Shown: positions 10,502 through 21,369, counted from the first letter of the stretch. The stretch: 64,000 bases of DNA from Alphaproteobacteria bacterium (GCA_965276005.1 OZ254962.1:2676991-2740990), one strand, 5' to 3'. Notes: generated from the sequence alone by a model not told the origin. Numbers and translations: made by a program.

Positions 10502-11647
10502 CTATAGTACATCTGGGTTTTTTCTTATGGCGTTTAGGTGAATTTGTTTCCATATGGCAAGTGTGTCGAACAGTATCCACTCTTCGCATATTCTGTTGTG
10601 TATCACTCGGAATTGTGATATGCCCATGATGTATAGGGGGGCTTGGGTGCCTGTGCCGAACATGTGGGCGGTTTCGTGGGTGGCGGTTATCGACCACCGC
10701 ACATGTACAAAGGTCTCGTTTTCGCCGGCGTTTGATGCGGTGGTTTGGCTGTGTTCGATGACTAAATCCGCATTCGACAACCCCCCATATATATCGGTTA
10801 AAAAAGTTTTCAAATGGCGACTGCCAATGATTTCTCGCCCGCCACAGCCGTGTACTTGCACATTATAGGTATAATAATCGTCGATAAGAGCAAAATACTT
10901 GTTACGCCACACATCGTTAAACATGTTGAGCACCAATGCGGCGGGGTTGTTATTTTCTGGACGACCGATGACGGGGGGTAGGGCAGATGGGGTGTCGATG
11001 CGATGGCTGGTTTCAGATTCCCACCAATGGGTAACATTGTTTTTATAATCGGCAACCGCCATATCCCATGCGACTTGTTTTATGTCCAGCCCCAATTGTT
11101 GCACATATGCCCCGTTATCCCGTACCAGCCACTCCTTGATGATAAGATTTTCTTTGCACAGGCAATCGGCAATGGTGTATATGTCGATACGGTTGCCCGA
11201 TGCGGGTCCGAAAGTGCTGTCTTGGCTGTTGGTCATCAGCGTGCGGATAAGGTGAGACGACAGATACCCATCGGTTGCGTTGCCGTCCCAAATAATGTTG
11301 ACGCTGTACAGCTCACGGTCGGGAAAGGCTTGTAAGGTTTGGGTGGTGTTTTCGATGACTCCCTGTACCCGTTCTGCATAGCCAAGCGGTGTGTAAATTT
11401 CCCCTTGTGCGGCATAGTGGGTGGCAATCATACCGACATTTTTGCGTTCCCAAATATCGTGCGTACAGCGTAAAATATAATCGACAATATTGCCATACTG
11501 TGGGTCGAACCCGTGCATCGGCATGTCCCTATCCCGTGTATGTCCGGCGTTTAAGTCCGCATATGTATAGTAGCGACCGTGTAATTCTCCAGCAGCGGAA
11601 ATATTGTCCGCCCGGGCGGGGTTATAGGGGGTTATTGTCATAGTCAT
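10502..11647 (-). CDS. SnoaL-like / ester cyclase (tandem NTF2-like domains)
   Basis: IVDYILRCTHDIWE; AFPDRELY; VHVRWSITATH...GISQFRVIHNRICEEWILFD. Confidence 0.7.
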   Translation of the reverse strand: MTMTITPYNPARADNISAAGELHGRYYTYADLNAGHTRDRDMPMHGFDPQYGNIVDYILRCTHDIWERKNVGMIATHYAAQGEIYTPLGYAERVQGVIENTTQTLQAFPDRELYSVNIIWDGNATDGYLSSHLIRTLMTNSQDSTFGPASGNRIDIYTIADCLCKENLIIKEWLVRDNGAYVQQLGLDIKQVAWDMAVADYKNNVTHWWESETSHRIDTPSALPPVIGRPENNNPAALVLNMFNDVWRNKYFALIDDYYTYNVQVHGCGGREIIGSRHLKTFLTDIYGGLSNADLVIEHSQTTASNAGENETFVHVRWSITATHETAHMFGTGTQAPLYIMGISQFRVIHNRICEEWILFDTLAIWKQIHLNAIRKNPDVL

Positions 11648-11656
11648 ACGGGCTCC

Positions 11657-12745
11657 TTACTGTTGTACATTTAACAATTTGTTCTTAAAAGCTATGTCCT
11701 CAGGGGTATTGGCGTGGTTTTTACGGGGCACATCTGGTATGGCGAACACCGTTTTATGATAAATTTTGTCGATCATATCGAACACATCGATCCCCAATTG
11801 GTAAAATATGTCGATCACATCCAGCAACACCCAATTTTGGGCGATACGACCATTTATCATATACCAAAAATCGGCGACTCGCATGTCGACCACTTTACCT
11901 GTGGGGGCAAGCCCTAACCACCCCGATCCCATATGGGTACCAATGACATTTTTCCACCCCACTATACAGGCGATGTTGTCTTTGCTGATTTGGGCGTGCC
12001 CAAAGCCATAATCCCGATCGGGAAAAGTATTCAAAAATGCTCGACGGTACATATCGAATCCATCTATGCCATAAAAAGTGCCAATACCCGATGGTCCATA
12101 CCATATCATATCGTCCGCCCAAATAGAGGTTTGCGTATCTGTGCGGGTGCTTCTGGCGTGTAGTAAATCGCTCAGCATGTGCATAACTCGTGTTTGTGTT
12201 TGGGCGGTTACATCTGGATTGGCGTCCCCATATAGCAACCCGTCTTGGTTGCGGGGACAGACCGTGTCGTCGTTACTGCCCATACTAGGGGGCAGGGGAC
12301 AGACGCCCGCCCGTATCATTAGCCCGATGTAATCCATCAATTTATATACCATAACGATTTTACCGTTTTCGATGTGGTAAAAATCCATAAACCGCACATG
12401 GTTTAAAGTGCGGGTGGCGGGAACGGTATATAAGGAATGTTCGAACTGTCCCTGATACATACCGCAAGCGGATACCCAGTATGTGTTTTCTAAGGCACAG
12501 ATACCGTCTATTTCCACGCCGGGGACTCGCTTTAAATTGGTAAATGCGGTTCGCAACGGCAGCCAAAATTTTTCTGCCAATTGTTCGACGGTGTTACATT
12601 TTTCTACCGGGCGAAATGCCAAACAGGTAAAGTTATCGGCAAAAAACGGCCGTATGGCATCGGCTAAGCTGTCGACAGGGGCGGTAAGGGCGGCGTGTAT
12701 ATAATTGTTTACCACCGCAAACTGTGTAGATTTTTGTATGTGCAT
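11657..12745 (-). CDS. SnoaL-like / ester cyclase (tandem NTF2-like domains)
   Basis: WYGPSGIGT, FLNTFPDR, GTHMGSGWLGLAPTGKVVDMRVADFW...IAQNWVLLD. Start set at 12745 with an AAAGGA RBS. Confidence 0.75.
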   Translation of the reverse strand: MHIQKSTQFAVVNNYIHAALTAPVDSLADAIRPFFADNFTCLAFRPVEKCNTVEQLAEKFWLPLRTAFTNLKRVPGVEIDGICALENTYWVSACGMYQGQFEHSLYTVPATRTLNHVRFMDFYHIENGKIVMVYKLMDYIGLMIRAGVCPLPPSMGSNDDTVCPRNQDGLLYGDANPDVTAQTQTRVMHMLSDLLHARSTRTDTQTSIWADDMIWYGPSGIGTFYGIDGFDMYRRAFLNTFPDRDYGFGHAQISKDNIACIVGWKNVIGTHMGSGWLGLAPTGKVVDMRVADFWYMINGRIAQNWVLLDVIDIFYQLGIDVFDMIDKIYHKTVFAIPDVPRKNHANTPEDIAFKNKLLNVQQ

Positions 12746-12749
12746 GGTT

Positions 12750-13583
12750 TTATCCTTTGATGGCTCCTTGCACCAATCCAGATACAAGGCGTTTTTGAAA
12801 TACTATGATTAAGACAATCAGCGGAACGGTAACCGATACCGCCCCGGCGATGCCTTGCATTAACTTGTTCAAATCGTCGTCCGCATTCATGTAATTCGAC
12901 AAAGCGGCGGTCATGGTCATCTTGTCCCCATTCATCAGTTGAGAGGCAATCAAGAAGTCGTTATACGCCAGCAAGATGGAAAATAATGCCGCTGTAATCA
13001 CGCCGGGCCACATGACCGGGACGATGACTTGGCGAAAGGTTTGAAACGGGGTACACCCGTCTACTTGTGCGGCTTCGTCCAGCTCTTGGGGAATGCCCAT
13101 AAAGAACGCTCGTAACATCCAAATCGTAAATGGCTGATTGATGGCAACCATGACAATAATCAAAGTCTCATAGCGGTTCCAAATGCCCAATTCCAAGAAC
13201 GCCGGTTGATAGGAAGTCAACAACACCACATGCGGCATGGCACGAAACACAAGGGCGATAATCAGCAACCAAAAGCCGATCGAACCTTTGTAGCGTGATA
13301 ACGCATACCCCGCCAAACAGGCAATGGTCATCGATATGGATACGGTGCCAATGGTAACAATCACCGTGTTTATAGCGTTTTTCCAAAACCCGTCGACAAC
13401 CCAAGTTTTATAGTAGTGTTCGAAAGTAAACGATGGAAACAGCTGTAACGGATTGGAAAACGCATCGACGGGCAAACGGAAGGAAATCAAAAACATCCAT
13501 AAAAATGGAAATACCGCCAACAACAGCCAGACAAATAAAAATACGGAAAACACCCTGCCTAGTATAGATTTTTGTTGTTGCAT
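12750..13583 (-). CDS. Carbohydrate ABC transporter permease (CUT1, MalG-like)
   Basis: Multiple TM segments, EAA loop IPQELDEAAQVDG. Confidence 0.92.
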   Translation of the reverse strand: MQQQKSILGRVFSVFLFVWLLLAVFPFLWMFLISFRLPVDAFSNPLQLFPSFTFEHYYKTWVVDGFWKNAINTVIVTIGTVSISMTIACLAGYALSRYKGSIGFWLLIIALVFRAMPHVVLLTSYQPAFLELGIWNRYETLIIVMVAINQPFTIWMLRAFFMGIPQELDEAAQVDGCTPFQTFRQVIVPVMWPGVITAALFSILLAYNDFLIASQLMNGDKMTMTAALSNYMNADDDLNKLMQGIAGAVSVTVPLIVLIIVFQKRLVSGLVQGAIKG

Positions 13584-13585
13584 GG

Positions 13586-14638
13586 TTATGTCCCCCGTTG
13601 CTCATGCCAAGTGCGGTGTAACACTGGTATCAGCAAGATGACAATGCCAACTACGGTGAGTAAAGCGGAGGCGGCGGCTTTGTTGTAATTGACTTCTTCG
13701 GAGATGATGTAATATGTCAGGTGCTGCAAGCTATCGGCAAACAGGGCGGAGCCAAACACTAAAATAGGCTCGAATATACGGTACGCATCCATGATGTGAA
13801 TAAGGGTGATAAACACAAACAACGGCATCAAGTGCGGAATCACCACAAAGCGGATTTTGTCCCACATACGGGCACCGTCAATATCAGCGGCTTCGAGGGC
13901 ATCTTGGGGGACGGATTGCAAGCCGGCAAACAACACCACAAAGGCAAACGGCAGCACATGCCAAATACCGTAAAATATAATGAGCGACCGAATAGTCCAC
14001 TTGTCCGACAGGAAATAAAACTGTCCAAACCCCAGCTGTTCCAGTAGGGCGGCAACGATGGCATCGTCCAAAAACAGCCAATAAATCGACAACGCTCCAA
14101 TAACCGGCGTGATAATAAACGGCAACAGCGATACAAACACCAACAGTCCCCTAATCCGTTGTAGTGAAGTATGCACATTCCACGCCACAATAAAACCAAA
14201 TATCAAGATAGCGGGCAGGGTGAGGAAGGTATACAGCAGGGTAAATTCCAACGCTCCCCAAAATTCAATTTTGGTAAAAGCACTGTAAAACACCGCTATT
14301 TTTTTGAAAAATCCATGCGTGGGATTGCCAAAAGCACTGTCCCAAGCTTGGGCAATTTTATCCGGTTCGATCAGGCTGATATAGTTCTTTACCCCCGCAT
14401 ATTTGTGATAGGTGTTCGGGTTGCCATCGGCATCCAATACGGGTTGCGAGATGATTTTTTCCGTCTTTCGGGTCTTACCGCCAAACATAGGGGTCTCGAC
14501 AATGGTTTTGACCAATTTTGTCTCCGTGCGTTCCTGATGCACAGACAACCACCCCGCCCCAATAAGAGGGGTAAATATAAACAGCACCATAACAACAAAA
14601 CTGGGGGCGACAAAGCGTGCAAAAGTGGCAAAATTCAT
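13586..14638 (-). CDS. Carbohydrate ABC transporter permease (CUT1, MalF-like)
   Basis: LQSVPQDALEAADIDGA EAA loop, multiple TM segments. Confidence 0.92.
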   Translation of the reverse strand: MNFATFARFVAPSFVVMVLFIFTPLIGAGWLSVHQERTETKLVKTIVETPMFGGKTRKTEKIISQPVLDADGNPNTYHKYAGVKNYISLIEPDKIAQAWDSAFGNPTHGFFKKIAVFYSAFTKIEFWGALEFTLLYTFLTLPAILIFGFIVAWNVHTSLQRIRGLLVFVSLLPFIITPVIGALSIYWLFLDDAIVAALLEQLGFGQFYFLSDKWTIRSLIIFYGIWHVLPFAFVVLFAGLQSVPQDALEAADIDGARMWDKIRFVVIPHLMPLFVFITLIHIMDAYRIFEPILVFGSALFADSLQHLTYYIISEEVNYNKAAASALLTVVGIVILLIPVLHRTWHEQRGT

Positions 14639-14690
14639 ACGGTGTATTCCTTAATATGCGTGTTTGTGTAAAGGGTTGTTACCGCCATAA

Positions 14691-14713
14691 GGTCGGTGGC
14701 ACCCCCACCGACC
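14691..14713. terminator. Intergenic stem-loop between SBP and permease (possible mRNA-stability or attenuating hairpin)
   Basis: GGTCGGTGG-CACCC-CCACCGACC. Confidence 0.5.
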
Positions 14714-14731
14714 CCATGCGGAGAATACGGC

Positions 14732-15973
14732 TTATAGGTAGCCTTTTTCCTTTGCAGTTTTGATGTATTCTGCCTCTGCATCTTGTAACGCTTGTGCGGG
14801 GGTTTTTTGACCGGACAACACTTCGCCCGCCTGTTTGCCCATAATGCCGTGAATAATCCCACTGTGTGCGGGGTTCATAGGCTGTGAGGGTGCCCCGGCA
14901 TAAAAGCTGTCGATAACACCGACCGCATAGGGCGTAGGCTTATACGAAGACCGTAGCCAAGTGGCAATATCGTTGTTTTTGGCAACGGTTGTATCGGAAA
15001 TGCCCTGCATTAATGCTCGAAAAGCTATGTCATCATTGCCGGCACTGTTTTTTGGTAAGTACACCCCGTCCCACCAAGTGGTCGTTGCCGCATTGCCGCC
15101 CGCAACCGCTGCAGGTGCCGCCGCAAAGCCGATTTTACCGACAACTGTACTGGTTTGTCGGTCGTCCATAGATTTTGCCCGGGATCCCCACAGCATCGCC
15201 ATAGCAATTTTGCCCTGTGCCATTTGTTGCGTTACTGCCCCCGTATCGAGGACTAAGGCATTTGGCGACATGTATTGTTTTAATTTTACCATCAGGTTTA
15301 GGGCATCGATACCGGCTTGGCTGTTAAACGCAGGTTGATTGGTGCCCGGTTTAAAGAATGACCCGCCGAAACCCAAGAACAGGTTGTTAAATTCTTGGCT
15401 GATGTTCCAGCCGGATTTAAACGCCGCCCCAAACGGATATTCGATAGACGGTTCGGATTTTAGTTTTTCCGCCGCTGCCAGTACTTCGTCATATGTTTTT
15501 GGCACCGCTATACCGTGTTTTGCAAACAGGTCTTTGCGGTACATAAAGTGCTGGGCATTGGCTTGGAATGCCACCGCCCAGATTTTGCCGTCGATGCGGA
15601 TTAACATACCGTCTTCGATGTTGTATGTGGTTTTGTACCTTGCCACCAAATCGTCCAGCGGGCGTAACAAGCCTTTGGCGAGTAACGGCGACAGCGTACC
15701 ATTAGACCCCACCACCGCATCATAGGGCGAAGTGCTGGCGGCTAAGGCTTGTTCGGCATCCGCTTTGTTGTCTTTTGTTTGTTTCCATACCACTTTGAAG
15801 CTGTTATCTTGGCAAGATTCCACCTCTGCTCGAATTTTGTCTAACACGGGAAAGGCGTTCGATTGTACGCTGATTTCCCCGTTGAGCCCACAGCCCGCAT
15901 AGGCGACCGTCCCCAACATAACAGCAACCGTCATAGCGATTATTTTTTTAACATAGTCTTTTAACATAGTCAT
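14732..15973 (-). CDS. Extracellular solute-binding protein (SBP_bac_1-like), paralog 1
   Basis: Signal peptide (..VAYA), LRPLDDLV, FMYRKDLF, PKTYDEVL; located in an ABC operon. Confidence 0.88.
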   Translation of the reverse strand: MTMLKDYVKKIIAMTVAVMLGTVAYAGCGLNGEISVQSNAFPVLDKIRAEVESCQDNSFKVVWKQTKDNKADAEQALAASTSPYDAVVGSNGTLSPLLAKGLLRPLDDLVARYKTTYNIEDGMLIRIDGKIWAVAFQANAQHFMYRKDLFAKHGIAVPKTYDEVLAAAEKLKSEPSIEYPFGAAFKSGWNISQEFNNLFLGFGGSFFKPGTNQPAFNSQAGIDALNLMVKLKQYMSPNALVLDTGAVTQQMAQGKIAMAMLWGSRAKSMDDRQTSTVVGKIGFAAAPAAVAGGNAATTTWWDGVYLPKNSAGNDDIAFRALMQGISDTTVAKNNDIATWLRSSYKPTPYAVGVIDSFYAGAPSQPMNPAHSGIIHGIMGKQAGEVLSGQKTPAQALQDAEAEYIKTAKEKGYL

Positions 15974-16054
15974 AGTATTCTCCTCACTGTTGTTTTAAAG
16001 TGGGGCTTGTGCCCCGTGTCCATAGATCGGAGGGCAAAATCCCCCCCAATCCGA

Positions 16055-17287
16055 TTATAAAATGCCGTTTTCTTTGGCAACTTTGGTATATTCTTTGCTG
16101 GCATTTTGCAATACCTCTGTAGCGGTTTTTTGCCCCGTCAAGTACTCGCCAATAAATTTGCCAATAGCGTTGTGTAAATAAGTGTATGCCGGTGTCATGG
16201 GAAATGGTGGGGCATTGTTTTCTACCGTTTCCACGACCCCTTTTGCGTATTTGCCAATTTTGTAATTATCCCGCAGCCAAATTGCCGCATCGTTGTTTTG
16301 GGCAACGATGTTACGGGAATACAAATACATCATAGTTTTAAAAGTGTTCTCGACATCGCCGGGGGCGTTTTTAGGAAGGACAAAGCCGTCCCAAAATACG
16401 GTGGCGGCGGCGTTGGAATCTGGCGATACTTTTGGGGCACTGACCAGTGCTATTTTGCCGACCACCGCACTTACATCTTTGTCGTCGACTGCCGCTGCCC
16501 GATTGCCCCACAACAATGCCATACCCAGTTTGCCATTTCGTAACATTTGTTGCACCACACCAGAGTCGATAACCAGTGCATTTGGCGACATATATTGCTT
16601 TAATTTCGCCATCAATTCTAGGGCTTTTATGCCGTTTGCGTTGACGATAGAGGCTTCGAATGTCCCCGCTTTAAAGTAGGTGCCGCCAAAGGCTTGGTAC
16701 AGGTTATTAAATTCTTGGGCGGCGTTCCACCCTGATTTATAGGCGGCACCAAAGGGAAAGGCAATGGTGTCGTCCTCTTTTAAGATTGCCGCCGCCGCCA
16801 GTACATCATCATATGTTTGTGGCACTGGGATATTGTGCTTTGCAAATAAATCCTTGCGGTACATAAGGTGCTGGGCGTTGACCATAAAGCCGATAGCGTA
16901 AATTTTACCGTCTATTCGTACCAACATGTTGTCTTGAATGTCGTACGAGTGGCGGTATTTTGCCACCAAATCGTCCAGCGGGCGTAACAAGCCCCGGGAT
17001 TGTACGGTACTGATCGAGCTGTTGGCAACAAATGCCGCATCATAAGGACCAACTTTGCCGGCAAAAGCGGATACCTGTTCGGTTTTGTGTTGCGGTGTTT
17101 TTTTCCACTGGTAGGAAAACTCCCCATCTTTACATTTGTTTAGGGCATTGGTAAAAATGTCGAAGGTTGGAAAAGAATTGGATAATATACTCACCTTTCC
17201 CGACAATCCACAGCCTGCATACGCAGTCCCCATAGATATGAGCGTTACCAGCGTTGCCAAGCCTATATATTTACATATTCTTATCAT
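16055..17287 (-). CDS. Extracellular solute-binding protein (SBP_bac_1-like), paralog 2
   Basis: Colinear with paralog 1 (LRPLDDLV, LMYRKDLF, YMSPNAL). Confidence 0.88.
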   Translation of the reverse strand: MIRICKYIGLATLVTLISMGTAYAGCGLSGKVSILSNSFPTFDIFTNALNKCKDGEFSYQWKKTPQHKTEQVSAFAGKVGPYDAAFVANSSISTVQSRGLLRPLDDLVAKYRHSYDIQDNMLVRIDGKIYAIGFMVNAQHLMYRKDLFAKHNIPVPQTYDDVLAAAAILKEDDTIAFPFGAAYKSGWNAAQEFNNLYQAFGGTYFKAGTFEASIVNANGIKALELMAKLKQYMSPNALVIDSGVVQQMLRNGKLGMALLWGNRAAAVDDKDVSAVVGKIALVSAPKVSPDSNAAATVFWDGFVLPKNAPGDVENTFKTMMYLYSRNIVAQNNDAAIWLRDNYKIGKYAKGVVETVENNAPPFPMTPAYTYLHNAIGKFIGEYLTGQKTATEVLQNASKEYTKVAKENGIL

Positions 17288-17312
17288 GTTCTCTCTCCTC
17301 GTTTAGATGATA

Positions 17313-18377
17313 TTATGTACTCCAGCCCGTGTAGTTTTGGGCTTGTGTGGTTTGTTGTGTACGATCCAGCACATCTACACCCTGCATATAGGCAAAGTGT
17401 AACATATCGATAAAAACCCAGTTTTCGGCGATTTTGTTATCGCATATGCGGTATATGTCGGCAACCCGCCATTCGGTGACTGTGTCATTGGCGGGCAACC
17501 CCATAAACCCCCCCGTAGGGATAGCCCGGAAATTGGGCCAGCCAAAAAAGCCGCCATAATTGCCTTCGGCAACCACTGCTATATGTCCGATATGGTTTTC
17601 AGGGCTGGTGTCAGGTATATCAAAATTCATTTGCCGTACTAACGGGTGGCGGTGTTGGGTTTGATAGCGGTGTTTGGTATAGGTCGCCCCAATGCCACAA
17701 GGGCCAAACCATATCATATCCTCATGCCACGCATCGCCTAGCCCGTCGAGGGACTTGTCTTGTCGCCCTTGCATAACATGGTATTTCATGCGGTCGATGA
17801 CTGTGTGGGTTTGGGCGGTTAGGGTGCTGTTGCCATCGGCAAACAACATGCCATCGTGGGTTTTGGGTCCCGGTTGTACAAAAAATGCCCCCGTTTGTGG
17901 CGGAAAAGGATCGACTCCTGCTTGTACCATCAGCATGGGAATATCGATGTGCAGGGTGGTTTCGACAATTTTATTATGTTGTACCCGGTGAAACTCCGCA
18001 TACCGTAAGAAAGCCATTTTACCCGTTGCGGCAATGCCCAACCAAGCGGTGTCGAACAACCCCATAAAGTGTCCCATTTGTACCACCCATGTGCTGGTAA
18101 AGCCATCGACTTTGTTTAAGCCGGCAAACAGTATATCCGCCCTGCGTTGTAGGGGATATAAAGATTTTTTTAACGGCTGCCAAAATTCTGTGGCAAGCCA
18201 GTGTGGGTCACAGCGTTCATGAAACGGATGCACACCCCGCCACAGGTAATCGTCGCCGATGTACGAATCCATAACCGCCAAAATATCCGCTTGCGATTGG
18301 GCGGCGTCCAGTGCTTGATAATAAGACAGAACAACAGATTTTGCCGATTGAAAACAGGTGCTAGGTAGGGGTGTCAT
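17313..18377 (-). CDS. SnoaL-like / ester cyclase (tandem NTF2-like domains)
   Basis: WLGIAATGKMAFLRYAEF; WFGPCGIGATY; WRVADIY..CDNKIAENWVFID; paralogous to 11657-12745. Confidence 0.75.
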   Translation of the reverse strand: MTPLPSTCFQSAKSVVLSYYQALDAAQSQADILAVMDSYIGDDYLWRGVHPFHERCDPHWLATEFWQPLKKSLYPLQRRADILFAGLNKVDGFTSTWVVQMGHFMGLFDTAWLGIAATGKMAFLRYAEFHRVQHNKIVETTLHIDIPMLMVQAGVDPFPPQTGAFFVQPGPKTHDGMLFADGNSTLTAQTHTVIDRMKYHVMQGRQDKSLDGLGDAWHEDMIWFGPCGIGATYTKHRYQTQHRHPLVRQMNFDIPDTSPENHIGHIAVVAEGNYGGFFGWPNFRAIPTGGFMGLPANDTVTEWRVADIYRICDNKIAENWVFIDMLHFAYMQGVDVLDRTQQTTQAQNYTGWST

Positions 18378-19435
18378 GAAAATAAAATCCGTTTTTCTGT
18401 TGCGTTATCGAACAAATAATAATTGTGGTTTGGCGATTTTAAATGTATGGTATCGCCCCGGTTGTAATAGGTATCCTTGGGGATTTTTGCCACAATGCGG
18501 TCTTGTTCAAATGCCAAAATCACCGTGTTACAATCGCCCAGCTGTTCAAAAGCGTATACTGTACCGCTGATTTCTGCACTGTCGGCGGTGGTGATGTGTA
18601 GATCTTCTGCACGAATGCCTAAGGTAACATTGTCTTGGTGCATACCGTCTTGTATGTTTATGGTAATACCATCGGTGATAAACCGTCCATGTTCGACCCG
18701 TCCCTTGACCAAGTTCATGGCGGGCGATCCGATAAAGCCCGCTACAAACAGGGTTGCCGGGTTGTCGTAAATGTGTTTGGGGGTGTCGATTTGCTGAATT
18801 TCGCCATGTTTCATCAAAGCGACTCTGTCGGCTAAGGTCATCGCTTCGACTTGGTCGTGGGTCACATAAACAGTGGTGATTTTTAGGGTTTGTTGCAACC
18901 GTTTAATTTCTGTGCGCATGGTGACTCGCAACTTGGCGTCGAGATTCGACAACGGTTCGTCCATCAAAAAACAATTCGGTGCTTTGCGAACGATTGCCCG
19001 TGCCAGTGCCACTCGTTGCCGTTGTCCGCCTGAGAGTTCCCGGGGGTATCGATCGAGCAGGGTGTCTAGTTCTACCATCGATGCGGCGGCGAGTGCTTGT
19101 CCTTTCCATTCGGATTTTGGCACCTTGCGGACTCGCAACGGAAAACAGATGTTTTCGTATACGGTCAAGTGGGCGTATAAAGCGTATGATTGAAACACCA
19201 TCGCCACGCTGCGGTCTTTTGGCGGGATATGGTTGACCACTTTGCCATCGATGAGAATGTCGCCACTGGTGGGGGTTTCCAGCCCGGCAATCATCCGCAT
19301 GGTGGTGGTTTTACCACACCCCGAAGGCCCTAACAACACAAGGAATTCTTGGTCTTGAATGTCGAGCGAAGTTTCCTTTACCGCTTGGAAATGCCCCCAA
19401 GTTTTGGTGATTTTGTCTAATTTTATCTGTGCCAT
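18374..19435 (-). CDS. Carbohydrate ABC transporter ATP-binding subunit (MalK/UgpC-like)
   Basis: GPSGCGKTT, LSGGQRQR, MDEPLSNLD, VTHDQVEA. Confidence 0.95.
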   Translation of the reverse strand: MAQIKLDKITKTWGHFQAVKETSLDIQDQEFLVLLGPSGCGKTTTMRMIAGLETPTSGDILIDGKVVNHIPPKDRSVAMVFQSYALYAHLTVYENICFPLRVRKVPKSEWKGQALAAASMVELDTLLDRYPRELSGGQRQRVALARAIVRKAPNCFLMDEPLSNLDAKLRVTMRTEIKRLQQTLKITTVYVTHDQVEAMTLADRVALMKHGEIQQIDTPKHIYDNPATLFVAGFIGSPAMNLVKGRVEHGRFITDGITINIQDGMHQDNVTLGIRAEDLHITTADSAEISGTVYAFEQLGDCNTVILAFEQDRIVAKIPKDTYYNRGDTIHLKSPNHNYYLFDNATEKRILFS

Positions 19436-19488
19436 GTCCTGTGCCTGTTATTGTGTGTGTCTCTCAAATGTATGATACCACCGCCGTA

Positions 19489-20625
19489 TTATATCATCGG
19501 ATTGGAATATTTAATCAAGCTATATAATGCCAAATACCCGCTTTTGTCCAGCCCATAGCCCGCATCGCACGCATTGTGTACTACCGCTGTGTCCCATTCG
19601 ATACGGTTGGGGGCATCGTTGCCATTGATCACCAACATATATACATCCGTATCGCCTACATTGGTAAATGTCCGCCATGCCCCCACAGGTACGGATATGA
19701 TGTCTTTTTTGTTGAGTGTGCTGGACACGGTATTGTGTTCGGGGCGATTTAGGGATATTTCGACCGTGCCGGCGTGGATTTTAAGCACTTGCGGGGCGTG
19801 GGTGCGGTGCAATTTGACTTGACTATCCACAGGGATTTTTAAGTATTCTACGGAAAACCCGTGCGGGTTGTAAATTTTTGGCGTGTGGTTGCGATCTTCG
19901 GTCATACCCCAGCCGATGACCGGTGCCATAGCACACGCCCCGCCATCGGTTTTGCCGCACAACAAAGCGTCATCGGACCAATTTAAATCTTTAAAGTGTA
20001 CCACTTGTTGTAGCATTTGTTCTGGTGTGGGTTGGCGAAGGGTTGCCATTTCTGCATCGCTGAGCGGGCTAATCATGTCTTGATCGGTGTCCGCATCTGG
20101 GTTGGCGATAGTGTCGATGACTTGGTTTTTGGCGGTTAGTAACAGCCCGTGTTGTTTGGCGTCCTGTAACACTTTTGGGTGCCAAATAATGCCGCCCGTG
20201 TCGTCGCCGCCAAGCACCGTAAACACAAACCCATCGTCCCGCCCTACATTGCGAAACCCCCTAAACAACCAAGTACGGGGCGAAAACACATCGCCTTCGG
20301 TAAGGGTATAGGTATGCTCCCCCGCATTGCCCCAACGGAACTCATAATCGCCAGAGTTCAGATAAAACACTTCGGCGGTAAAGTGAATGTGCAGGTTATT
20401 TACACACCCCTTCGGCATAGCCGCCGCCCCAATATTAAAACCGTGCGGCGTGGTGAGGTTTACAAATTGCTCAGAAGACTGTGATACGCCGGGACCGATC
20501 ATCGAATAATTTTCTTTTTTGTCCGATCCGGGGGTGCGGCAATCGATAAAGGCTTGGTTACACGACACAAAGTCTTTGGCGTATATGGTGTGGCGGTGTA
20601 GGGTGTGTTTGTCTATGACTGTCAT
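19489..20625 (-). CDS. Bicupin-domain protein of unknown substrate
   Basis: NNLHIHFTAEVF...LFRGFRN and LHRTHAPQVL...VPVGAWRTFTN cupin motifs. Confidence 0.75.
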   Translation of the reverse strand: MTVIDKHTLHRHTIYAKDFVSCNQAFIDCRTPGSDKKENYSMIGPGVSQSSEQFVNLTTPHGFNIGAAAMPKGCVNNLHIHFTAEVFYLNSGDYEFRWGNAGEHTYTLTEGDVFSPRTWLFRGFRNVGRDDGFVFTVLGGDDTGGIIWHPKVLQDAKQHGLLLTAKNQVIDTIANPDADTDQDMISPLSDAEMATLRQPTPEQMLQQVVHFKDLNWSDDALLCGKTDGGACAMAPVIGWGMTEDRNHTPKIYNPHGFSVEYLKIPVDSQVKLHRTHAPQVLKIHAGTVEISLNRPEHNTVSSTLNKKDIISVPVGAWRTFTNVGDTDVYMLVINGNDAPNRIEWDTAVVHNACDAGYGLDKSGYLALYSLIKYSNPMI

Positions 20626-20649
20626 AATGGTGTCCTATTTGTTAAAGTG

Positions 20650-21369
20650 TTAAGTGCGTAAAAATGCTGTTATATGGGTGTTTAATGCGGTTGGATTTTC
20701 CAAATTTATATAATGCCCGGTATTTTTTAAAGCAATATGCGTCCCCTTTGCTGCCAAGTCCGCCATAGTATCATGTAACGACGATGGGCACAAGGCGTCA
20801 TCGGTGCCACTGATAGCCAACAGCGGACAGGTGATGCGTTTTAAAGTCTCCAGAGAACACGGGCGGGATTTTAACATATCCACATGTTTATAAAACTGTG
20901 CAGGGGTGAAATCCATCGCCATACGGATAATTTTTTGCGTTATATCCGTATTGTTTTTGCGTTGGTTTGCCACATGGTGTATTAAAACTTGTTTGGCGTA
21001 GTTTTCGATGCCCTGTTCGGCAACAAACTGTTTTTGCGATTCGAAGTGCTGTTGTTTTGCCGCTGATACACCGTGTGGATTGCCGGCAATAAGGATAATC
21101 TTTTCCAATCGCTGCGATCGACCGTCCTTCATCAAGTGTCGCACCACCGCCAAAGCAATCGGCACTCCCGCAGACATGCCCATCACGATAAAAGTACTGG
21201 GGGCGTCTTGTAAAATCATTTCGGCAATAGCATCCACATTGTCCACACCCATAATGTCAGGCACAGAAAAAGTATACCCATCGGCTAGGTGTGATACCTG
21301 CTGGCACCACAAATCCGCCGTACACAAAGTGCCGCCTATACAGATAATATGCTTGTTTGTCGTTTTCAT
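20650..21369 (-). CDS. Alpha/beta fold hydrolase
   Basis: GGTLCT, GMSAG nucleophile elbow, SGTDDALC, TGHYINLE. Start uncertain (21369 or 21399). Confidence 0.8.
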   Translation of the reverse strand: MKTTNKHIICIGGTLCTADLWCQQVSHLADGYTFSVPDIMGVDNVDAIAEMILQDAPSTFIVMGMSAGVPIALAVVRHLMKDGRSQRLEKIILIAGNPHGVSAAKQQHFESQKQFVAEQGIENYAKQVLIHHVANQRKNNTDITQKIIRMAMDFTPAQFYKHVDMLKSRPCSLETLKRITCPLLAISGTDDALCPSSLHDTMADLAAKGTHIALKNTGHYINLENPTALNTHITAFLRT

